Source: an uncultured Actinomycetota bacterium (GTDB lineage Bacteria; Actinomycetota; Actinomycetes; DATJPE01). From it: a stretch of 64,000 nucleotides of DNA. The number at the start of each line of letters is the position of its first letter. The stretch's first letter is position 1. The stretch spans positions 557,618 through 621,617 of the forward strand of contig CAWDUP010000007.1 of assembly GCA_963805505.1 (NCBI GenBank), in the 5' to 3' direction. Below, piece by piece: positions 48,106 to 58,998 of the stretch. The notes below the pieces were generated by a model. It was not told the origin of the DNA and searched no databases. It saw only the letters and a list, made by a program, of their open reading frames with translations. A program made the position numbers and the translations under genes.

Positions 48106-48183
48106 GGCAGGTCCAGATCTCATCCCGACAGGTGGAAGAGATCTCGGAACGGGGAACTTTGTTACGGCTATAGCCGCAACGAA

Positions 48184-48892
48184 CTACCCCGTTGCGACGG
48201 GGAGGGCCAGGGAGCGGGCGAGCTCGGCTGCGGCACGCGCCCGGGTCCTTGGCCCCGGTGATGGGTCGCCCGATGACCAGCAGGTCAGCGCCGTCGGCGA
48301 GTGCCTGGTCGGGCGTGGCGACCCGAGCCTGGTCGCCAGCGGCCGAGCCGACCGGCCGTACGCCTGGCACGATCAGAGTCACCTCAGGTCCGACTTCGGC
48401 ACGAACCGCAGAAACCTCATGAGGCGAGCAGACGATCGCCCTGGCACCGGCGGTCACCGCAAGCACTGACAGTCGTCGGGCCGCCTCCAGTGCAGGTCCC
48501 CGGAGGCCGACCGCCGCGAGGTCGTCGGCGCCCAGCGACGTGAGGACGGTCACCGCAGCCACCCGAGTCTGGGGCAGCTCACGCACTGCTGCGGAGATCA
48601 TGGCCGCTCCCCCGGAGGCATGCACGGTGAGGTACGTCGGCTGCAACCCGGCGACCGCGCGAGCAGCCCCGGCCACGGTGTTGGGAATGTCGTGCAGCTT
48701 GAGGTCCAAGAAGATGTCGCACCCCCCGCTGGCCTCACGGGTGCCCTCGACCGCCACGGCTCCGTGAGCGAGAAACAGCTCGAGGCCGACCTTCATCGTC
48801 GACACCGAGGAGCCGCTCGACCTCGCCCACTCCAGCGCGGTTGCCAGGTCGTCGGTGTCGAGAGCGAGAGCGATTGGTGCAGGGTGGATCAT
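48184..48892 (-). CDS. pyrF: Orotidine 5'-phosphate decarboxylase, with an apparent +1 frameshift near 48235 at the C-terminus
   Basis: MIHPAPIALALDTDDLATALEWARSSGSSVSTMKVGLELF...DLKLHDIPNTV...LLVIGRPITGAKDPG is in one frame. The plausible C-terminus (R)AAAELARSLALPVATG* with a TAG stop at 48184 is in the +1 frame. The ORF-track read-through to 47951 is Arg-rich nonsense. Its ATG overlaps the pyrD stop (ATGA). Confidence 0.85.
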
Positions 48893-49986
48893 GCGTCCTC
48901 CTGGACGAGATCTTCTTGTTCTTCATCACCTGCCGCGGTGACAGAGCTGATCGGTGAGGAGCTCAGCGCAGCGTCGGCAGCCGAAGCGGGACCGTTCGGG
49001 GAGCCGCTCGAGGTGTCGCGGTGAGCGAAGCCGATCGCGTCCGCCAGTCGGGCGAAGCCGCGCTCGGCCAAGGCAAGGTCGAGCTCGCGAGAAACCCGGC
49101 TGACGGCCGACGGATCGTTGAACACGACGGTGCCGACGGAGACGGCCGACGCCCCGGCCAGGATGAACTCGAGCGCATCCAGACCGGTTCGGATGCCGCC
49201 CATCCCGAGGATCGGAACCTCCGGAAGTGCTGCGTGCACCTGCCACACGCAGCGCACCGCGATCGGCCGGATGGCGGGTCCGGAAAGCCCACCGGTAACC
49301 CCAGCCAGAGCGGGTCGCATGGTCTCGGTGTTGATGACCATGCCGAGCGCGGTGTTGATCAGTGAAAGCCCATCGGCCCCAGCATCGACGACCGACTCGG
49401 CCACCTCGACGATGTCGGTGACATCCGGCGACAGCTTGGCCAGCACGGGCACGCCCGACTGCGTGGCCCGCCGCACCCCGCCAATGACAGCAGCCGCCGC
49501 TGCGGGGTCGCACGCGAACACCTGACCGCGATCCTCGACGTTGGGACAGGAGATGTTCACCTCGATCGCCGAGATCCCGTCGACGGCACGCAGCCGCGTC
49601 GCTAGCCGGACGTACTCATCGACCGAGCCGCCGGCGATGGACACCACTGCGCGCGCACCACGGGCGCGCAGCCAGGCCAGGTCCTTGTCCAGGAACGCGT
49701 CGATCCCCGGCCCTTGCAGACCGATCGAGTTCAGCATCCCGCTCGGTGTCTCCGCCATCCGTGGCGTAGCGCGTCCCGACCGGGGCTTCAGCATGATCGA
49801 CTTGGTGACCACCGCACCGATGGCGCTCAGGTCAACGAACGGTTCGAGTTCTCGCCCAGCCGCAGCGCAACCAGACGCTGTCAGCACCGGGTCCGGCAGC
49901 ACCAAGGAACCCAACGCGGTGCTCATGTCGACGGCCGGAAGCGTCCGGGTCGCCTCTGGGGCAGTGGTGATGCGCATCCTGGTCAT
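48889..49986 (-). CDS. pyrD: Dihydroorotate dehydrogenase, class 1B catalytic subunit, with a ~45-aa acidic low-complexity C-terminal tail
   Basis: 365 aa, ...LPDPVLTASGCAAAGREL...GAVVTKSIMLKPRSG...NISCPNVEDRGQ... It is paired with an upstream pyrK. Confidence 0.9.
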   Translation of the reverse strand: MTRMRITTAPEATRTLPAVDMSTALGSLVLPDPVLTASGCAAAGRELEPFVDLSAIGAVVTKSIMLKPRSGRATPRMAETPSGMLNSIGLQGPGIDAFLDKDLAWLRARGARAVVSIAGGSVDEYVRLATRLRAVDGISAIEVNISCPNVEDRGQVFACDPAAAAAVIGGVRRATQSGVPVLAKLSPDVTDIVEVAESVVDAGADGLSLINTALGMVINTETMRPALAGVTGGLSGPAIRPIAVRCVWQVHAALPEVPILGMGGIRTGLDALEFILAGASAVSVGTVVFNDPSAVSRVSRELDLALAERGFARLADAIGFAHRDTSSGSPNGPASAADAALSSSPISSVTAAGDEEQEDLVQEDA

Positions 49987-49987
49987 G

Positions 49988-50842
49988 TCAGCTCACCGCC
50001 GACGGTGCCCCGAGGGCGTCAGCAGGCACCGTGCCCAACGCATCCCAACGGATGGCGTCGCCGTTGAAGACTGGCCCATCGACGCACGACCGGGCCATTC
50101 GGGTGACACCGTCCTCGCCGACCACGGGCAGGACGCAGGTCATGCACACGCCGATTCCGCAGGCCATCGCTTCCTCGACAGCCACCTGACTGTGCGCTCC
50201 ATAGGCTCGTGCAATCTCGGTCACAACACGAAGCATCGGCATCGGCCCGCAGGCGTAGACCACATCGGACTCGTTACGCTGCAACAGGTTCGGCAGTACG
50301 TCGGACACTCGGCCACGATCCCCAGCCGACCCGTCCTCGGTGGTGATGGCAACCGACTGAGACATCCGCTTCGCCTCAAGAGCCCCGAACAGCTTCGACT
50401 CTGTCGCAGCGCCGATGACGAAATCGACGCGGCAGCCCCGGGCTCGCAGCTGCTCGGCGAGTGAGAACAGCGGAGCGGAGCCGTACCCACCACCGACGAG
50501 CGTGCAACCCACCGGCTCCTTGGGCAGCGCGAAGGGTCGACCCACCGGCCCGACGACATCGACGGGATCGTGCGGTCGAAGTTTCGACATCCAGGTCGTG
50601 CCGGCGCCGTGCGGAGAGAAGATGATCTCGACCGTTCCGCCGTAGACCCCGCGTTCTTGGATCTTGTAGATCGAGAAAGCCCTACGGAGCAGCGTCGAAC
50701 CCCCTGGCCCACCGACTGCGAGCGCGACGAAGTGCCCCGGGCGTGCCTGCTCGGCCACCCCCGCAGCGACGAGTGTGAGCGCGAAGTAGTCGCCGATGCG
50801 TCGCATCGACAGCACTTCGCCCTTCACCTGTACCGGGGCCAT
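49988..50842 (-). CDS. pyrK: Dihydroorotate dehydrogenase electron-transfer subunit
   Basis: FAD/NAD-binding ferredoxin-reductase-like protein with a C-terminal 2Fe-2S Cys cluster (CGIGVCMTCV). The ATG at 50842 has GGAGGAG 8 nt upstream and overlaps the carB stop by 1 nt. Alternative start at 50863. Confidence 0.85.
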   Translation of the reverse strand: MAPVQVKGEVLSMRRIGDYFALTLVAAGVAEQARPGHFVALAVGGPGGSTLLRRAFSIYKIQERGVYGGTVEIIFSPHGAGTTWMSKLRPHDPVDVVGPVGRPFALPKEPVGCTLVGGGYGSAPLFSLAEQLRARGCRVDFVIGAATESKLFGALEAKRMSQSVAITTEDGSAGDRGRVSDVLPNLLQRNESDVVYACGPMPMLRVVTEIARAYGAHSQVAVEEAMACGIGVCMTCVLPVVGEDGVTRMARSCVDGPVFNGDAIRWDALGTVPADALGAPSAVS

Positions 50843-53800
50843 CAGGTGCTCTCCTCCCGCCACGCTTGGAGTTCTCGACCGTACTCCTGCAGCGGTCGGA
50901 CCCCGACCTCGCCCGCTAGCAAGGCTTCGATGCCCTGGACGGCGGCAGCCAACCCTTGGACGGTGGTGATGCAGGGCACGCCACGGCGTACCGAGGCCGT
51001 CCGGATTTCATAGCCGTCCACGCGGGCACCGACGCCATAGGGCGTGTTCACCACGATGTCGATGCGGCCAGCCGTGATCTCCTGGACGGCGTCGAAGGTG
51101 CCGTCATCGGGTTCGAAATGCTTGCGGACCACGGTCGCCACGACACCGCTGCGACGAAGGACCTCGGCCGTGCCCTCGGTCGCCAGGATCTCGAAGCCCA
51201 GGTCCGCGAGCCGCTTGACCGGGAAGACCATCGAGCGCTTGTCCCTGTTGGCCACCGAGACGAACGCGCGGCCTTTGGTCGGTAGTCCTCCGGCGTAGGC
51301 GGCGAGCTGGCTCTTGGCGTAGGCCGTTCCGAACAGCGCGTCGATGCCCATGACTTCCCCGGTCGACTTCATCTCCGGGCCGAGGACGGTGTCAACGCCG
51401 TGAAAGCGCCCGAACGGGAGCACCGCCTCCTTGACCGAGGTGGCCACGTCAGCCGGCAGCGATCCGCCGTCCAGCGAGGCGGGCAGCAGACCCTCAGCAC
51501 GCAGGGTGGCGATGGACGTGCCGAGCATCACCCGAGCCGCCGCTTTGGCCAGGGGCACCGATGTCGCCTTCGACACGAACGGCACCGTGCGTGACGCGCG
51601 CGGGTTGGCCTCGAGGACGTAGAGCACGTCACCGGCCAGCGCGTACTGGACGTTGAGCAGACCATGGACGCCGACACCGCGCGCGATCGCCTCGGTCGAG
51701 CGGCGGATCCGGGCGATCTCGGCGCGGCCCAAAGTGATCGGAGGCAGCGCACAGGCGGAGTCCCCGGAATGTATTCCGGCCTCCTCGATGTGCTCCATCA
51801 CGCCGCCGAGGTAGAGCTGGTCACCGTCGAAGAGGGCATCCACGTCGATCTCGACGGCATCGTCGAGGAATCGGTCGACGAGCACCGGGTGCTCGGGACT
51901 GATCTGGGTGGCGCGCGCGATGTAGTCGGCCAGCATGGCCTCGTCGTAAACGATCTCCATCCCGCGACCACCGAGCACGTAGGACGGCCTAACCAGAACG
52001 GGGTAGCCGATCTCGTCGGCGATCTCCTTGGCCTGCTCGAAGGACTTGGCCGTGCCGTGCTTGGGAGCGGGCAAGCCCGCCTCGGCGAGCACCCGACCGA
52101 ACGCGCCGCGCTCCTCGGCGAGGTGGATCGCCTCGGGAGTCGTCCCCACGATGGGCACACCCGCGTCCTTGAGCGCCTGCGCGAGCGCCAGCGGGGTCTG
52201 CCCCCCGAGCTGCACGATCGCGCCGACCACCGGCCCGGCGGCGGACTCCGCAGCGAACACCTCGAGAACGTCCTCGAGGGTCAGCGGCTCGAAGTAGAGC
52301 CGGTCGCTGGTGTCGTAGTCGGTGGAGACGGTCTCTGGATTGCAGTTGACCATGACGGTCTCATAGCCCGCCTCCCGCAGGGTCATGGCGGCGTGCACGC
52401 ATGAGTAGTCGAACTCGATGCCCTGACCGATCCGGTTCGGCCCGCTGCCGAGGATCAGCACTGCAGGTCGGGTGCGGGAGGCGACCTCGGTCTCCTCGTC
52501 ATAGGAGGAGTAGTGGTAGGGCGTCCGCGCCGCGAACTCGGCCGCGCAGGTGTCGACGGTCTTGTAGACGGGTCGGATGCCGAGCGCCTGTCGCACACCT
52601 CGTAGCACCGTCTCGGTGGTCCCGCGGAGGTCCGCGAGCTGCCGATCGGAGAATCCGTGCCGCTTGGCCCGACGCAACAGCTCCGGCCCGAGCTCAGCCG
52701 CGCTGGCCACCTCTTCAGCGACCTCGTTGAGCAAGGCGATCTGGTCCAGGAACCAAGGGTCGATCCCAGTCGCGGCATAGACCTCGTCGACCGAGGCGCC
52801 GGCGACCAGCGCCTGCTGGACGACGCGCAGGCGAGCGTCTCGAGGCAGCGCAGCCTCGGCCAGCAGCGCCTCCTTGTCGAGCTCGCCGTCGGTCCAGCCG
52901 AACACCGAGTCCGGACGCTCGAGCGAGCGCAGCGCCTTCTGCAATGCCTCGGTGAAGGAACGCCCGATCGCCATCGCCTCCCCCACCGACTTCATCGTTG
53001 TGGTGAGACCGGGATCAGCTTGCGGGAACTTCTCGAAGGCGAAGCGCGGCGCCTTCACGACCACGTAGTCGAGTGCTGGCTCGAACGACGCCGGCGTGAC
53101 ACCTGTGATGTCGTTGGGGATCTCGTCAAGGCTGTAGCCGACGGCGAGCTTCGCGGCGATCTTCGCGATCGGGAAGCCAGTGGCCTTTGACGCGAGAGCC
53201 GAGGACCGCGATACGCGAGGGTTCATCTCGATGACGATCATCCGACCGGTTGCCGGATCGATCGCGAACTGGATGTTGCAGCCACCCGTGTCGACTCCGA
53301 CCGCCCGGATCACGTCGATGGCGACATCCCGCATGTGCTGGAACTCGCGGTCGGTCAGGGTCATGGCCGGGGCGACGGTGATCGAGTCCCCGGTGTGCAC
53401 CCCCATCGGGTCCACGTTCTCGATCGAGCAGATCACGACCACGTTGTCGCTGCGGTCGCGCATCAGCTCCAGCTCGTACTCCTTCCACCCGATGATGGAC
53501 TCCTCGAGCAGAACCTCCGCCGTAGGGCTCGCCTGCAGGCCGCCACCGGCAATTCGATGCAGGTCGGTCTCGTCGAAGGCAATCCCCGAACCGGCCCCGC
53601 CCATCGTGAAGGAGGGGCGTACGACCACCGGATAGCCGAGCTCGAGCGCGCCGGCCTCGCACTCGTCCATGCTGTGGCAGATGACCGAACGCGCAGACTC
53701 TGCACCGAGCTCGGCGACGATCTGCTTGAACCGCTCGCGGTCCTCCCCCCGCTGGATCGCCTCGAAGCTGGCGCCGATCAGCTCGACGTCGTGCTTGGCG

Positions 53801-54123
53801 AGGACGCCCCGCTCGTGCAGCGCCACGGCCGCGTTGAGGGCCGTCTGCCCACCCAGGGTCGCCAACAGCGCATCGGGCCGCTCGCGTTCGATGATCTTCT
53901 CGATGACCTCTGGAGTGATCGGCTCGACGTAGGTGGCATCGGCCAGCTCCGGATCGGTCATGATCGTCGCCGGGTTGCTGTTCACCAAGATGACCCGGAG
54001 ACCCTCAGCGCGCAGCACTCTGCAGGCCTGCGTGCCCGAGTAGTCGAACTCGCACGCTTGACCGATGACGATGGGTCCCGAACCGATGACGAGCACCGAC
54101 TCCAGATCGCTTCGGCGTGGCAT
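50842..54123 (-). CDS. carB: Carbamoyl-phosphate synthase large subunit
   Basis: 1093 aa with duplicated ATP-grasp domains. Confidence 0.95.
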   Translation of the reverse strand: MPRRSDLESVLVIGSGPIVIGQACEFDYSGTQACRVLRAEGLRVILVNSNPATIMTDPELADATYVEPITPEVIEKIIERERPDALLATLGGQTALNAAVALHERGVLAKHDVELIGASFEAIQRGEDRERFKQIVAELGAESARSVICHSMDECEAGALELGYPVVVRPSFTMGGAGSGIAFDETDLHRIAGGGLQASPTAEVLLEESIIGWKEYELELMRDRSDNVVVICSIENVDPMGVHTGDSITVAPAMTLTDREFQHMRDVAIDVIRAVGVDTGGCNIQFAIDPATGRMIVIEMNPRVSRSSALASKATGFPIAKIAAKLAVGYSLDEIPNDITGVTPASFEPALDYVVVKAPRFAFEKFPQADPGLTTTMKSVGEAMAIGRSFTEALQKALRSLERPDSVFGWTDGELDKEALLAEAALPRDARLRVVQQALVAGASVDEVYAATGIDPWFLDQIALLNEVAEEVASAAELGPELLRRAKRHGFSDRQLADLRGTTETVLRGVRQALGIRPVYKTVDTCAAEFAARTPYHYSSYDEETEVASRTRPAVLILGSGPNRIGQGIEFDYSCVHAAMTLREAGYETVMVNCNPETVSTDYDTSDRLYFEPLTLEDVLEVFAAESAAGPVVGAIVQLGGQTPLALAQALKDAGVPIVGTTPEAIHLAEERGAFGRVLAEAGLPAPKHGTAKSFEQAKEIADEIGYPVLVRPSYVLGGRGMEIVYDEAMLADYIARATQISPEHPVLVDRFLDDAVEIDVDALFDGDQLYLGGVMEHIEEAGIHSGDSACALPPITLGRAEIARIRRSTEAIARGVGVHGLLNVQYALAGDVLYVLEANPRASRTVPFVSKATSVPLAKAAARVMLGTSIATLRAEGLLPASLDGGSLPADVATSVKEAVLPFGRFHGVDTVLGPEMKSTGEVMGIDALFGTAYAKSQLAAYAGGLPTKGRAFVSVANRDKRSMVFPVKRLADLGFEILATEGTAEVLRRSGVVATVVRKHFEPDDGTFDAVQEITAGRIDIVVNTPYGVGARVDGYEIRTASVRRGVPCITTVQGLAAAVQGIEALLAGEVGVRPLQEYGRELQAWREEST

Positions 54124-55247
54124 CAGGCGCTCACCTGGACCATCGGATCTGCGCCCATCAGCTGAGCGAACCGGTCGAACAGGTAGGCAGAGTCGTGGGG
54201 ACCGGCCGCCGCCTCCGGGTGGTATTGCACGGAGAAAGCTGGCACGTCGAGGCAGCGCAGCCCTTCCACGACGCCGTCGTTCAGCCCGACGTGGCTCACC
54301 TCCGCCCGACCGTGCGGGGTGTCCGACACTGAGCCAACCGGGGCGTCGACGGCAAAACCGTGGTTGTGCGCTGTGATCTCGACCTTCCCCGTGGCACGGT
54401 CGAGCACCGGTTGGTTGACCCCCCGGTGACCGAACCCCAGCTTGTAGGTGCCAAAGCCCAGGGCACGGCCCAGGACCTGGTGGCCGAAACAGATGCCAAA
54501 GACGGGGAGGCGCCGCTCCAGGGCTGCAGTCACCAGGGCTACGGCGTGGCCGGCCGTGACGGGATCACCCGGGCCGTTGCTGAAGAAGACCCCGTCGGCT
54601 CCCATGGCCACCAGTTCGTCGACCGACGTTGTCGCCGGCAGCACGTGGACCTCCATGCCGCGCTCGGCCATCCGGCGGGGTGTCATCGCCTTGATGCCGA
54701 GATCGATCGCTGCAACGCGGTGCCGCCGCACGCCCTCGGCCGGGATGACGTACGGTCCACGGGTCGTCACCTCACCGACGAGGTCGGCGCCGGTCATCGA
54801 CGGACTTGCGAGCACCTTCGCCAACAGTGCTTGCGCATCGCTGCCGGTGCTGGAGATCCCCACGCGCATCGCTCCGCGGTCGCGCAGGTGCCGGGTCAGT
54901 GCGCGGGTGTCGATTCCGCTGATACCGACCACTCCCTGTCCTTGGAGCTCGGCATCCAGGCTGCGTCGCGACCGCCAGCTCGAAGGTCGCCGCGAGGGAT
55001 CGCGCACGACGAAGCCGCTCACCCAGATGCGTTCGGACTCGGGATCGTCGTCATTGACGCCGGTATTGCCGATGTGCGGTGCGGTCATCACGACGACCTG
55101 ACCGTGATAGCTGGGATCGGTCAATGTCTCCTGGTAGCCGCTCATGGCGGTGCAGAACACGGCCTCGCCGAAGGTCTCCCCCACGGCGCCGTACGCCTGG
55201 CCGGCAAAGCTGCGGCCGTCTTCGAGCACCAAAATCGCGTCCGTCAC
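54123..55247 (-). CDS. carA: Carbamoyl-phosphate synthase small subunit (glutamine amidotransferase)
   Basis: The GTG at 55247 has GGAGG 7 nt upstream and overlaps the upstream gene's stop (GTGA). Sequence is [24 protein letters not shown]...CFGHQ... Confidence 0.95.
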   Translation of the reverse strand: MTDAILVLEDGRSFAGQAYGAVGETFGEAVFCTAMSGYQETLTDPSYHGQVVVMTAPHIGNTGVNDDDPESERIWVSGFVVRDPSRRPSSWRSRRSLDAELQGQGVVGISGIDTRALTRHLRDRGAMRVGISSTGSDAQALLAKVLASPSMTGADLVGEVTTRGPYVIPAEGVRRHRVAAIDLGIKAMTPRRMAERGMEVHVLPATTSVDELVAMGADGVFFSNGPGDPVTAGHAVALVTAALERRLPVFGICFGHQVLGRALGFGTYKLGFGHRGVNQPVLDRATGKVEITAHNHGFAVDAPVGSVSDTPHGRAEVSHVGLNDGVVEGLRCLDVPAFSVQYHPEAAAGPHDSAYLFDRFAQLMGADPMVQVSA

Positions 55248-55873
55248 AGCGGGACCTCCGGAATTGCCACCGGGTTGCCGGTGGGTCGTGCCACTGGCGT
55301 ACCTGCACGGAGAGCCTCGATCGCGGTGGCCAACTCCGCATGCCGGCGCACCGAGATCGCCCGGAAGCCGCTCTGCCAGCGCCTTCTGCCGTGCTTCCAC
55401 CCGATGACCAACAAGGCGCCGAGGCCGAAGGGGGTCCCCCCGGTCGCCGTCTCGACGTGAGCGCCGGTCAATGATTCGGCGGGGATGTAGAGCAGCTCCG
55501 ACCCTTCGCGCTCGACGAACACCCCACGGTGAGTAACCGCGACGGACGCAGCCGACGGGCCGGCGAGCCCGAGGGATGACACCACGAGACTGACATCAGC
55601 ACAGTCCGTCGTCGCCAGATAGCGGCCCTTGTACGGTCCCGCCAGTACGTCGCCAAGATCCTCCGGGCTCGGGGGCAGGGGCCGGAGGGCATCCTCGGCA
55701 GGGTGGCCTGCACGCCAGCCGCGCCAGCACACCCAACCGACCGCCACGAGGACCAGGAGGCCTGCCCCGGCGAGCGCCACGCCCTCCGGCCAGCCCGAGG
55801 TGGACCCCGAAGCGGACCCCGAGGTGGACAGGGTGGTGGCGGCCGCTGAGGGCAACGACACGCCAAGGGTCAC
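55244..55873 (-). CDS. Conserved membrane protein of the pyr operon (Rv1382-like)
   Basis: 209 aa with a Ser/Thr/Gly-rich N-terminus from 12-nt repeats ([12 protein letters not shown]), one TM helix ([15 protein letters not shown]), and a C-terminal PH-like region. Its GTG start overlaps the pyrC stop (GTGA). It occupies the same pyrC-x-carA position as in mycobacteria. Confidence 0.6.
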   Translation of the reverse strand: MTLGVSLPSAAATTLSTSGSASGSTSGWPEGVALAGAGLLVLVAVGWVCWRGWRAGHPAEDALRPLPPSPEDLGDVLAGPYKGRYLATTDCADVSLVVSSLGLAGPSAASVAVTHRGVFVEREGSELLYIPAESLTGAHVETATGGTPFGLGALLVIGWKHGRRRWQSGFRAISVRRHAELATAIEALRAGTPVARPTGNPVAIPEVPL

Positions 55874-57156
55874 GCCAGGCTCCCGTCGAGCACCGTGGGG
55901 CGCCCTCGCAGGAAGGTCGCGACGACCCGACCAGGCAGCTCCATCCCCGCGTATGGCGTGTTGCGGCTCTTGCTAGCCAACCGCTTGGGTTCAACCGTGG
56001 TCATCGCCGCCGGATCGACCAGCGTGAGGTTGGCTGGAGCCCCCACCTCGAGCCGGTGGCCGTGCCCGGCCAGCCGGCCGATCCGGGCCGGCCGCGCCGA
56101 CATCCGGTCGGCTACGTCGGCCCAGCCGAGCAGGCCGGGTTGGACCATCGTCTTCAGCACGACTGACAGAGCATGCTCGAGCCCCAGCATGCCGAAGGCA
56201 GCCGCCGCCCACTCGCAGTCCTTGTCCTCGACCGCGTGCGGCGCGTGATCGGTCGCCACCGCGTCGATGGTGCCATCCGCGAGGGCCTCTCGGACCGCCT
56301 CAACATCCGCCTTGCCGCGCAGCGGTGGGTTGACCTTGAAGACCGGGTCGTAGGTGGTGACGCAGTCGTCGGTGAGCAGGAGATGGTGTGGCGTGACCTC
56401 AGCGGTGACCGCGACACCGCGCGCCTTGGCCTGTCGCAGGATCTCGACAGTCCCGGCCGTCGACACGTGGCAGATGTGCAGGCGTGAGCCGACGTGCTCG
56501 GCCAGCAGCACATCACGCGCGACGATCGCCTCCTCAGCCACCGCCGGCCAGCCGGCCAGCCCCAGGACACCTGACAGCACGCCCTCGTTCATCTGAGCGC
56601 CCTCGGTGAGCCGCGGCTCCTGGGCATGCTGGGCGACGACCCCGTCGAAGGCCTTGACGTACTCCAAGGCCCGGCGCATCAACAACGCGTCGTCCACGCA
56701 GTGCCCGTCGTCGGAGAACACCCTGACCCCCGCCGCGGAATCAGCCATGGCGCCGAGCTCTGCCAGCTGGCGACCAGCCAGGCCCAAGGTGACGGCGCCG
56801 ACGGGTTGGACGTCGCAGTGGCCAGCGGCCCGTCCAAGCCGCCAGACCTGCTCGACGACCCCGGCGGTGTCTGCCACCGGATCGGTGTTGGCCATCGCGT
56901 GAACGGCGGTGAAACCGCCCAGAGCGGCCGCACTCGAACCGGTGGCGACGGTCTCAGCGTCCTCGCGCCCGGGTTCGCGAAGGTGGGTGTGGAGGTCGAC
57001 AAGCCCGGGCAGGGCGACGAGGCCGGCGGCGTCGACGACGCCAGCACCCGCCCGCGAGGCCCCTGGATCGATGGACTCGATCTGCCCATCGACCACCACC
57101 AGGTCGGTCGCCTCGCCCCCGAGGATCCGGGCTCCGCGAATGACGTAGGCGCTCAC
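55870..57156 (-). CDS. pyrC: Dihydroorotase
   Basis: 428 aa from the GTG at 57156, which overlaps the pyrB stop (GTGA). Sequence is [14 protein letters not shown]...[12 protein letters not shown]... (metal-dependent amidohydrolase). The ORF-track extension to 57798 is spurious. Confidence 0.9.
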   Translation of the reverse strand: MSAYVIRGARILGGEATDLVVVDGQIESIDPGASRAGAGVVDAAGLVALPGLVDLHTHLREPGREDAETVATGSSAAALGGFTAVHAMANTDPVADTAGVVEQVWRLGRAAGHCDVQPVGAVTLGLAGRQLAELGAMADSAAGVRVFSDDGHCVDDALLMRRALEYVKAFDGVVAQHAQEPRLTEGAQMNEGVLSGVLGLAGWPAVAEEAIVARDVLLAEHVGSRLHICHVSTAGTVEILRQAKARGVAVTAEVTPHHLLLTDDCVTTYDPVFKVNPPLRGKADVEAVREALADGTIDAVATDHAPHAVEDKDCEWAAAAFGMLGLEHALSVVLKTMVQPGLLGWADVADRMSARPARIGRLAGHGHRLEVGAPANLTLVDPAAMTTVEPKRLASKSRNTPYAGMELPGRVVATFLRGRPTVLDGSLA

Positions 57157-58154
57157 TGAGCCACCCCCTCGCTGGCCGCCGCCGCCGGTTCTCGGACGTC
57201 GACGTCGCCCGGATCCCCAGCCGGCTCCGAACCGCCAAGCAGGAGGTAGAGCACAGCCATCCGGACCGAGACCCCGTTCTTGACCTGCTCGACGATGGTC
57301 GAGCGCGACCCATCGGCGACGTCGGCGGCAATCTCCATTCCGCGGTTCATCGGTCCGGGATGCATGACGATCGCGTGGTCGGGCAGGGTCGCGGCGCGGT
57401 CGACATCGAGACCGTAGCGGCGGCTGTACTCGGCGCTGCTGGGGAAGAAGGACGCGCCCATTCGCTCGCGCTGGACGCGAAGCATCATGACGACGTCGCT
57501 TTTCGGCAAGGGGGCGTCGAGGTCGTAGGACACGACGCACGGCCAAGTGTCGACTCCCACGGGTAGCAAGGTCGGAGGCGCGACGAGGGTGACCTCCGCG
57601 CCGAGAGTGTGCAGCAGCAAGACGTTCGATCTCGCCACCCGGCTGTGCAGGACGTCGCCGACGATGGTGACGCGCCTTCCCTCCAGGTCGCCCTTCCCAT
57701 CGGCGAGATGCCGGCGCATGGTGAACGCGTCGAGCAGCGCCTGCGTCGGATGCTCGTGGGTGCCGTCCCCAGCGTTGACGACCGAACCGCCGATCCACCC
57801 GCTGTGAGCCAGTCGGTGGGGCGCCCCGCTAGCCCCGTGGCGGACCACCACCGCGTCGGCGCCCATGGCCTCCAACGTCAACGCCGTGTCTTTGAGGCTT
57901 TCCCCCTTGGAGACGCTCGAGCCTTTCGCGGAGAAGTTGATGACGTCAGCGCTCAACCGTTTCGCCGCGGCCTCGAAGGAGATGCGCGTGCGGGTGGAAT
58001 CTTCGAAGAACAAGTTGACGACCGTACGGCCCCGCAGGGTCGGCAGCTTGCGGATGGGGCGGTCGGCGAGCCTGGCGAGCTCTTCTGCCGTATCGAGAAC
58101 CAGGATCGCGTCGTCGCGAGAGAGGTCACCGGCCGAGACGAGGTGCTTGTCCAT
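57153..58154 (-). CDS. pyrB: Aspartate carbamoyltransferase catalytic subunit
   Basis: 333 aa with ...FFEDSTRTR... and the HPGP motif. Its ATG overlaps the pyrR stop by 1 nt. Confidence 0.95.
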   Translation of the reverse strand: MDKHLVSAGDLSRDDAILVLDTAEELARLADRPIRKLPTLRGRTVVNLFFEDSTRTRISFEAAAKRLSADVINFSAKGSSVSKGESLKDTALTLEAMGADAVVVRHGASGAPHRLAHSGWIGGSVVNAGDGTHEHPTQALLDAFTMRRHLADGKGDLEGRRVTIVGDVLHSRVARSNVLLLHTLGAEVTLVAPPTLLPVGVDTWPCVVSYDLDAPLPKSDVVMMLRVQRERMGASFFPSSAEYSRRYGLDVDRAATLPDHAIVMHPGPMNRGMEIAADVADGSRSTIVEQVKNGVSVRMAVLYLLLGGSEPAGDPGDVDVREPAAAASEGVAQ

Positions 58155-58792
58155 CAGGAATCCTCCCTCGCAGCTGATCGATCGCAGATGAGGACCTCGT
58201 CGCGACCGTCGTACTCCTCGAGGTGCACCTTCACGATCTCGCGGTGCGAGGTGGGCAGGTTCTTGCCGACGAAGTCCGCCCGGATGGGGAGCTCGCGGTG
58301 GCCCCGGTCGACGAGCACCGCCAGCTGGACCGCGCTGGGCCGTCCGACATCGTCCAGGGCCGTCATGGCGCTGCGTACCGTGCGGCCGGAGAAAAGCACG
58401 TCGTCGACGAGCACGACGACTCGACCATCCACGCCCGTCGGCGGGATGTCGGTGCGTTCCAGCGCGCGCGCCGGTCGCAGCCGCAGGTCGTCGCGGTACA
58501 TGGTGACGTCGAGGCTGCCCACCGGCGGAGCGGAGCCTTCGACCGAGCCGATCCGTTGGGCCAGCCGCTGCGCCAGGGGGACGCCCCTGCTGGGGATGCC
58601 GAGCAGCACGAGGTCACCCAGACCCTTGTTGCGCTCAAGGATCTCGTGAGCGATGCGGGTGAGCGCGCGGTTGATCTCAGCGGCTTCGAGGACGGTCCGC
58701 CCGGCCGTGGGGTCGCCGCCGCGATCGGGGGCGAGCGGCTGCTGCGCGGACTGGTCTGACTGGACTCGTGCGGGTTCCGGGACGATGTTCAT
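58154..58792 (-). CDS. pyrR: Bifunctional pyrimidine operon regulatory protein / uracil phosphoribosyltransferase PyrR
   Basis: 212 aa with the PRT-type motif [24 protein letters not shown] lies 8 nt upstream of the ATG. Confidence 0.9.
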   Translation of the reverse strand: MNIVPEPARVQSDQSAQQPLAPDRGGDPTAGRTVLEAAEINRALTRIAHEILERNKGLGDLVLLGIPSRGVPLAQRLAQRIGSVEGSAPPVGSLDVTMYRDDLRLRPARALERTDIPPTGVDGRVVVLVDDVLFSGRTVRSAMTALDDVGRPSAVQLAVLVDRGHRELPIRADFVGKNLPTSHREIVKVHLEEYDGRDEVLICDRSAAREDS

Positions 58793-58799
58793 CGTCGGG

Positions 58800-58830
58800 A
58801 CCTCCTTCCCCGCCTCTCTGGACGGGTCGT
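58800..58830 (-). promoter_or_regulatory. PyrR binding-loop RNA element overlapping the pyrR ribosome-binding site
   Basis: The minus strand reads ...CGACCCGTCCAGAGAGGCGGGGAAGGAGGTCCCGACATG. The stem CCCG/CGGG encloses UCCAGAGAGGC, which matches the PyrR binding-loop consensus (ARUCCNGNGAGGYU). The RBS lies immediately 3' of the stem. Confidence 0.55.
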
Positions 58831-58933
58831 TAAAGGACGTCGAACGGACCTCACGCTACCAGGGGGTCGTGGATCGTCCGAACGGCCCTTTCGCAGCCAT
58901 CGGGCTTGCCCGGGGCGGTCACCCTCCGTAACG

Positions 58934-58946
58934 TCACGGTGTGTGA
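58934..58946. promoter_or_regulatory. Candidate BldD box (TCAC-GGTGT-GTGA; TNAC-N5-GTNA pattern) in the bldD promoter region
   Basis: A palindromic 13-mer lies 52 nt upstream of the bldD start in the pyrR-bldD divergent intergenic region. Confidence 0.4.
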
Positions 58947-58998
58947 TCGAGCTCGACGGCCGGTCACGAATCGGCCCTGAGGGGGGTGCCGTCATCCG

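Noticed and set aside
47951-48183. 3' read-through of the 313-aa pyrF ORF into the lipoprotein gene
   Set aside because: The sequence after DPG is Arg-rich nonsense. The +1 frame gives a proper PyrF C-terminus ending at 48184, consistent with a single-nucleotide insertion.
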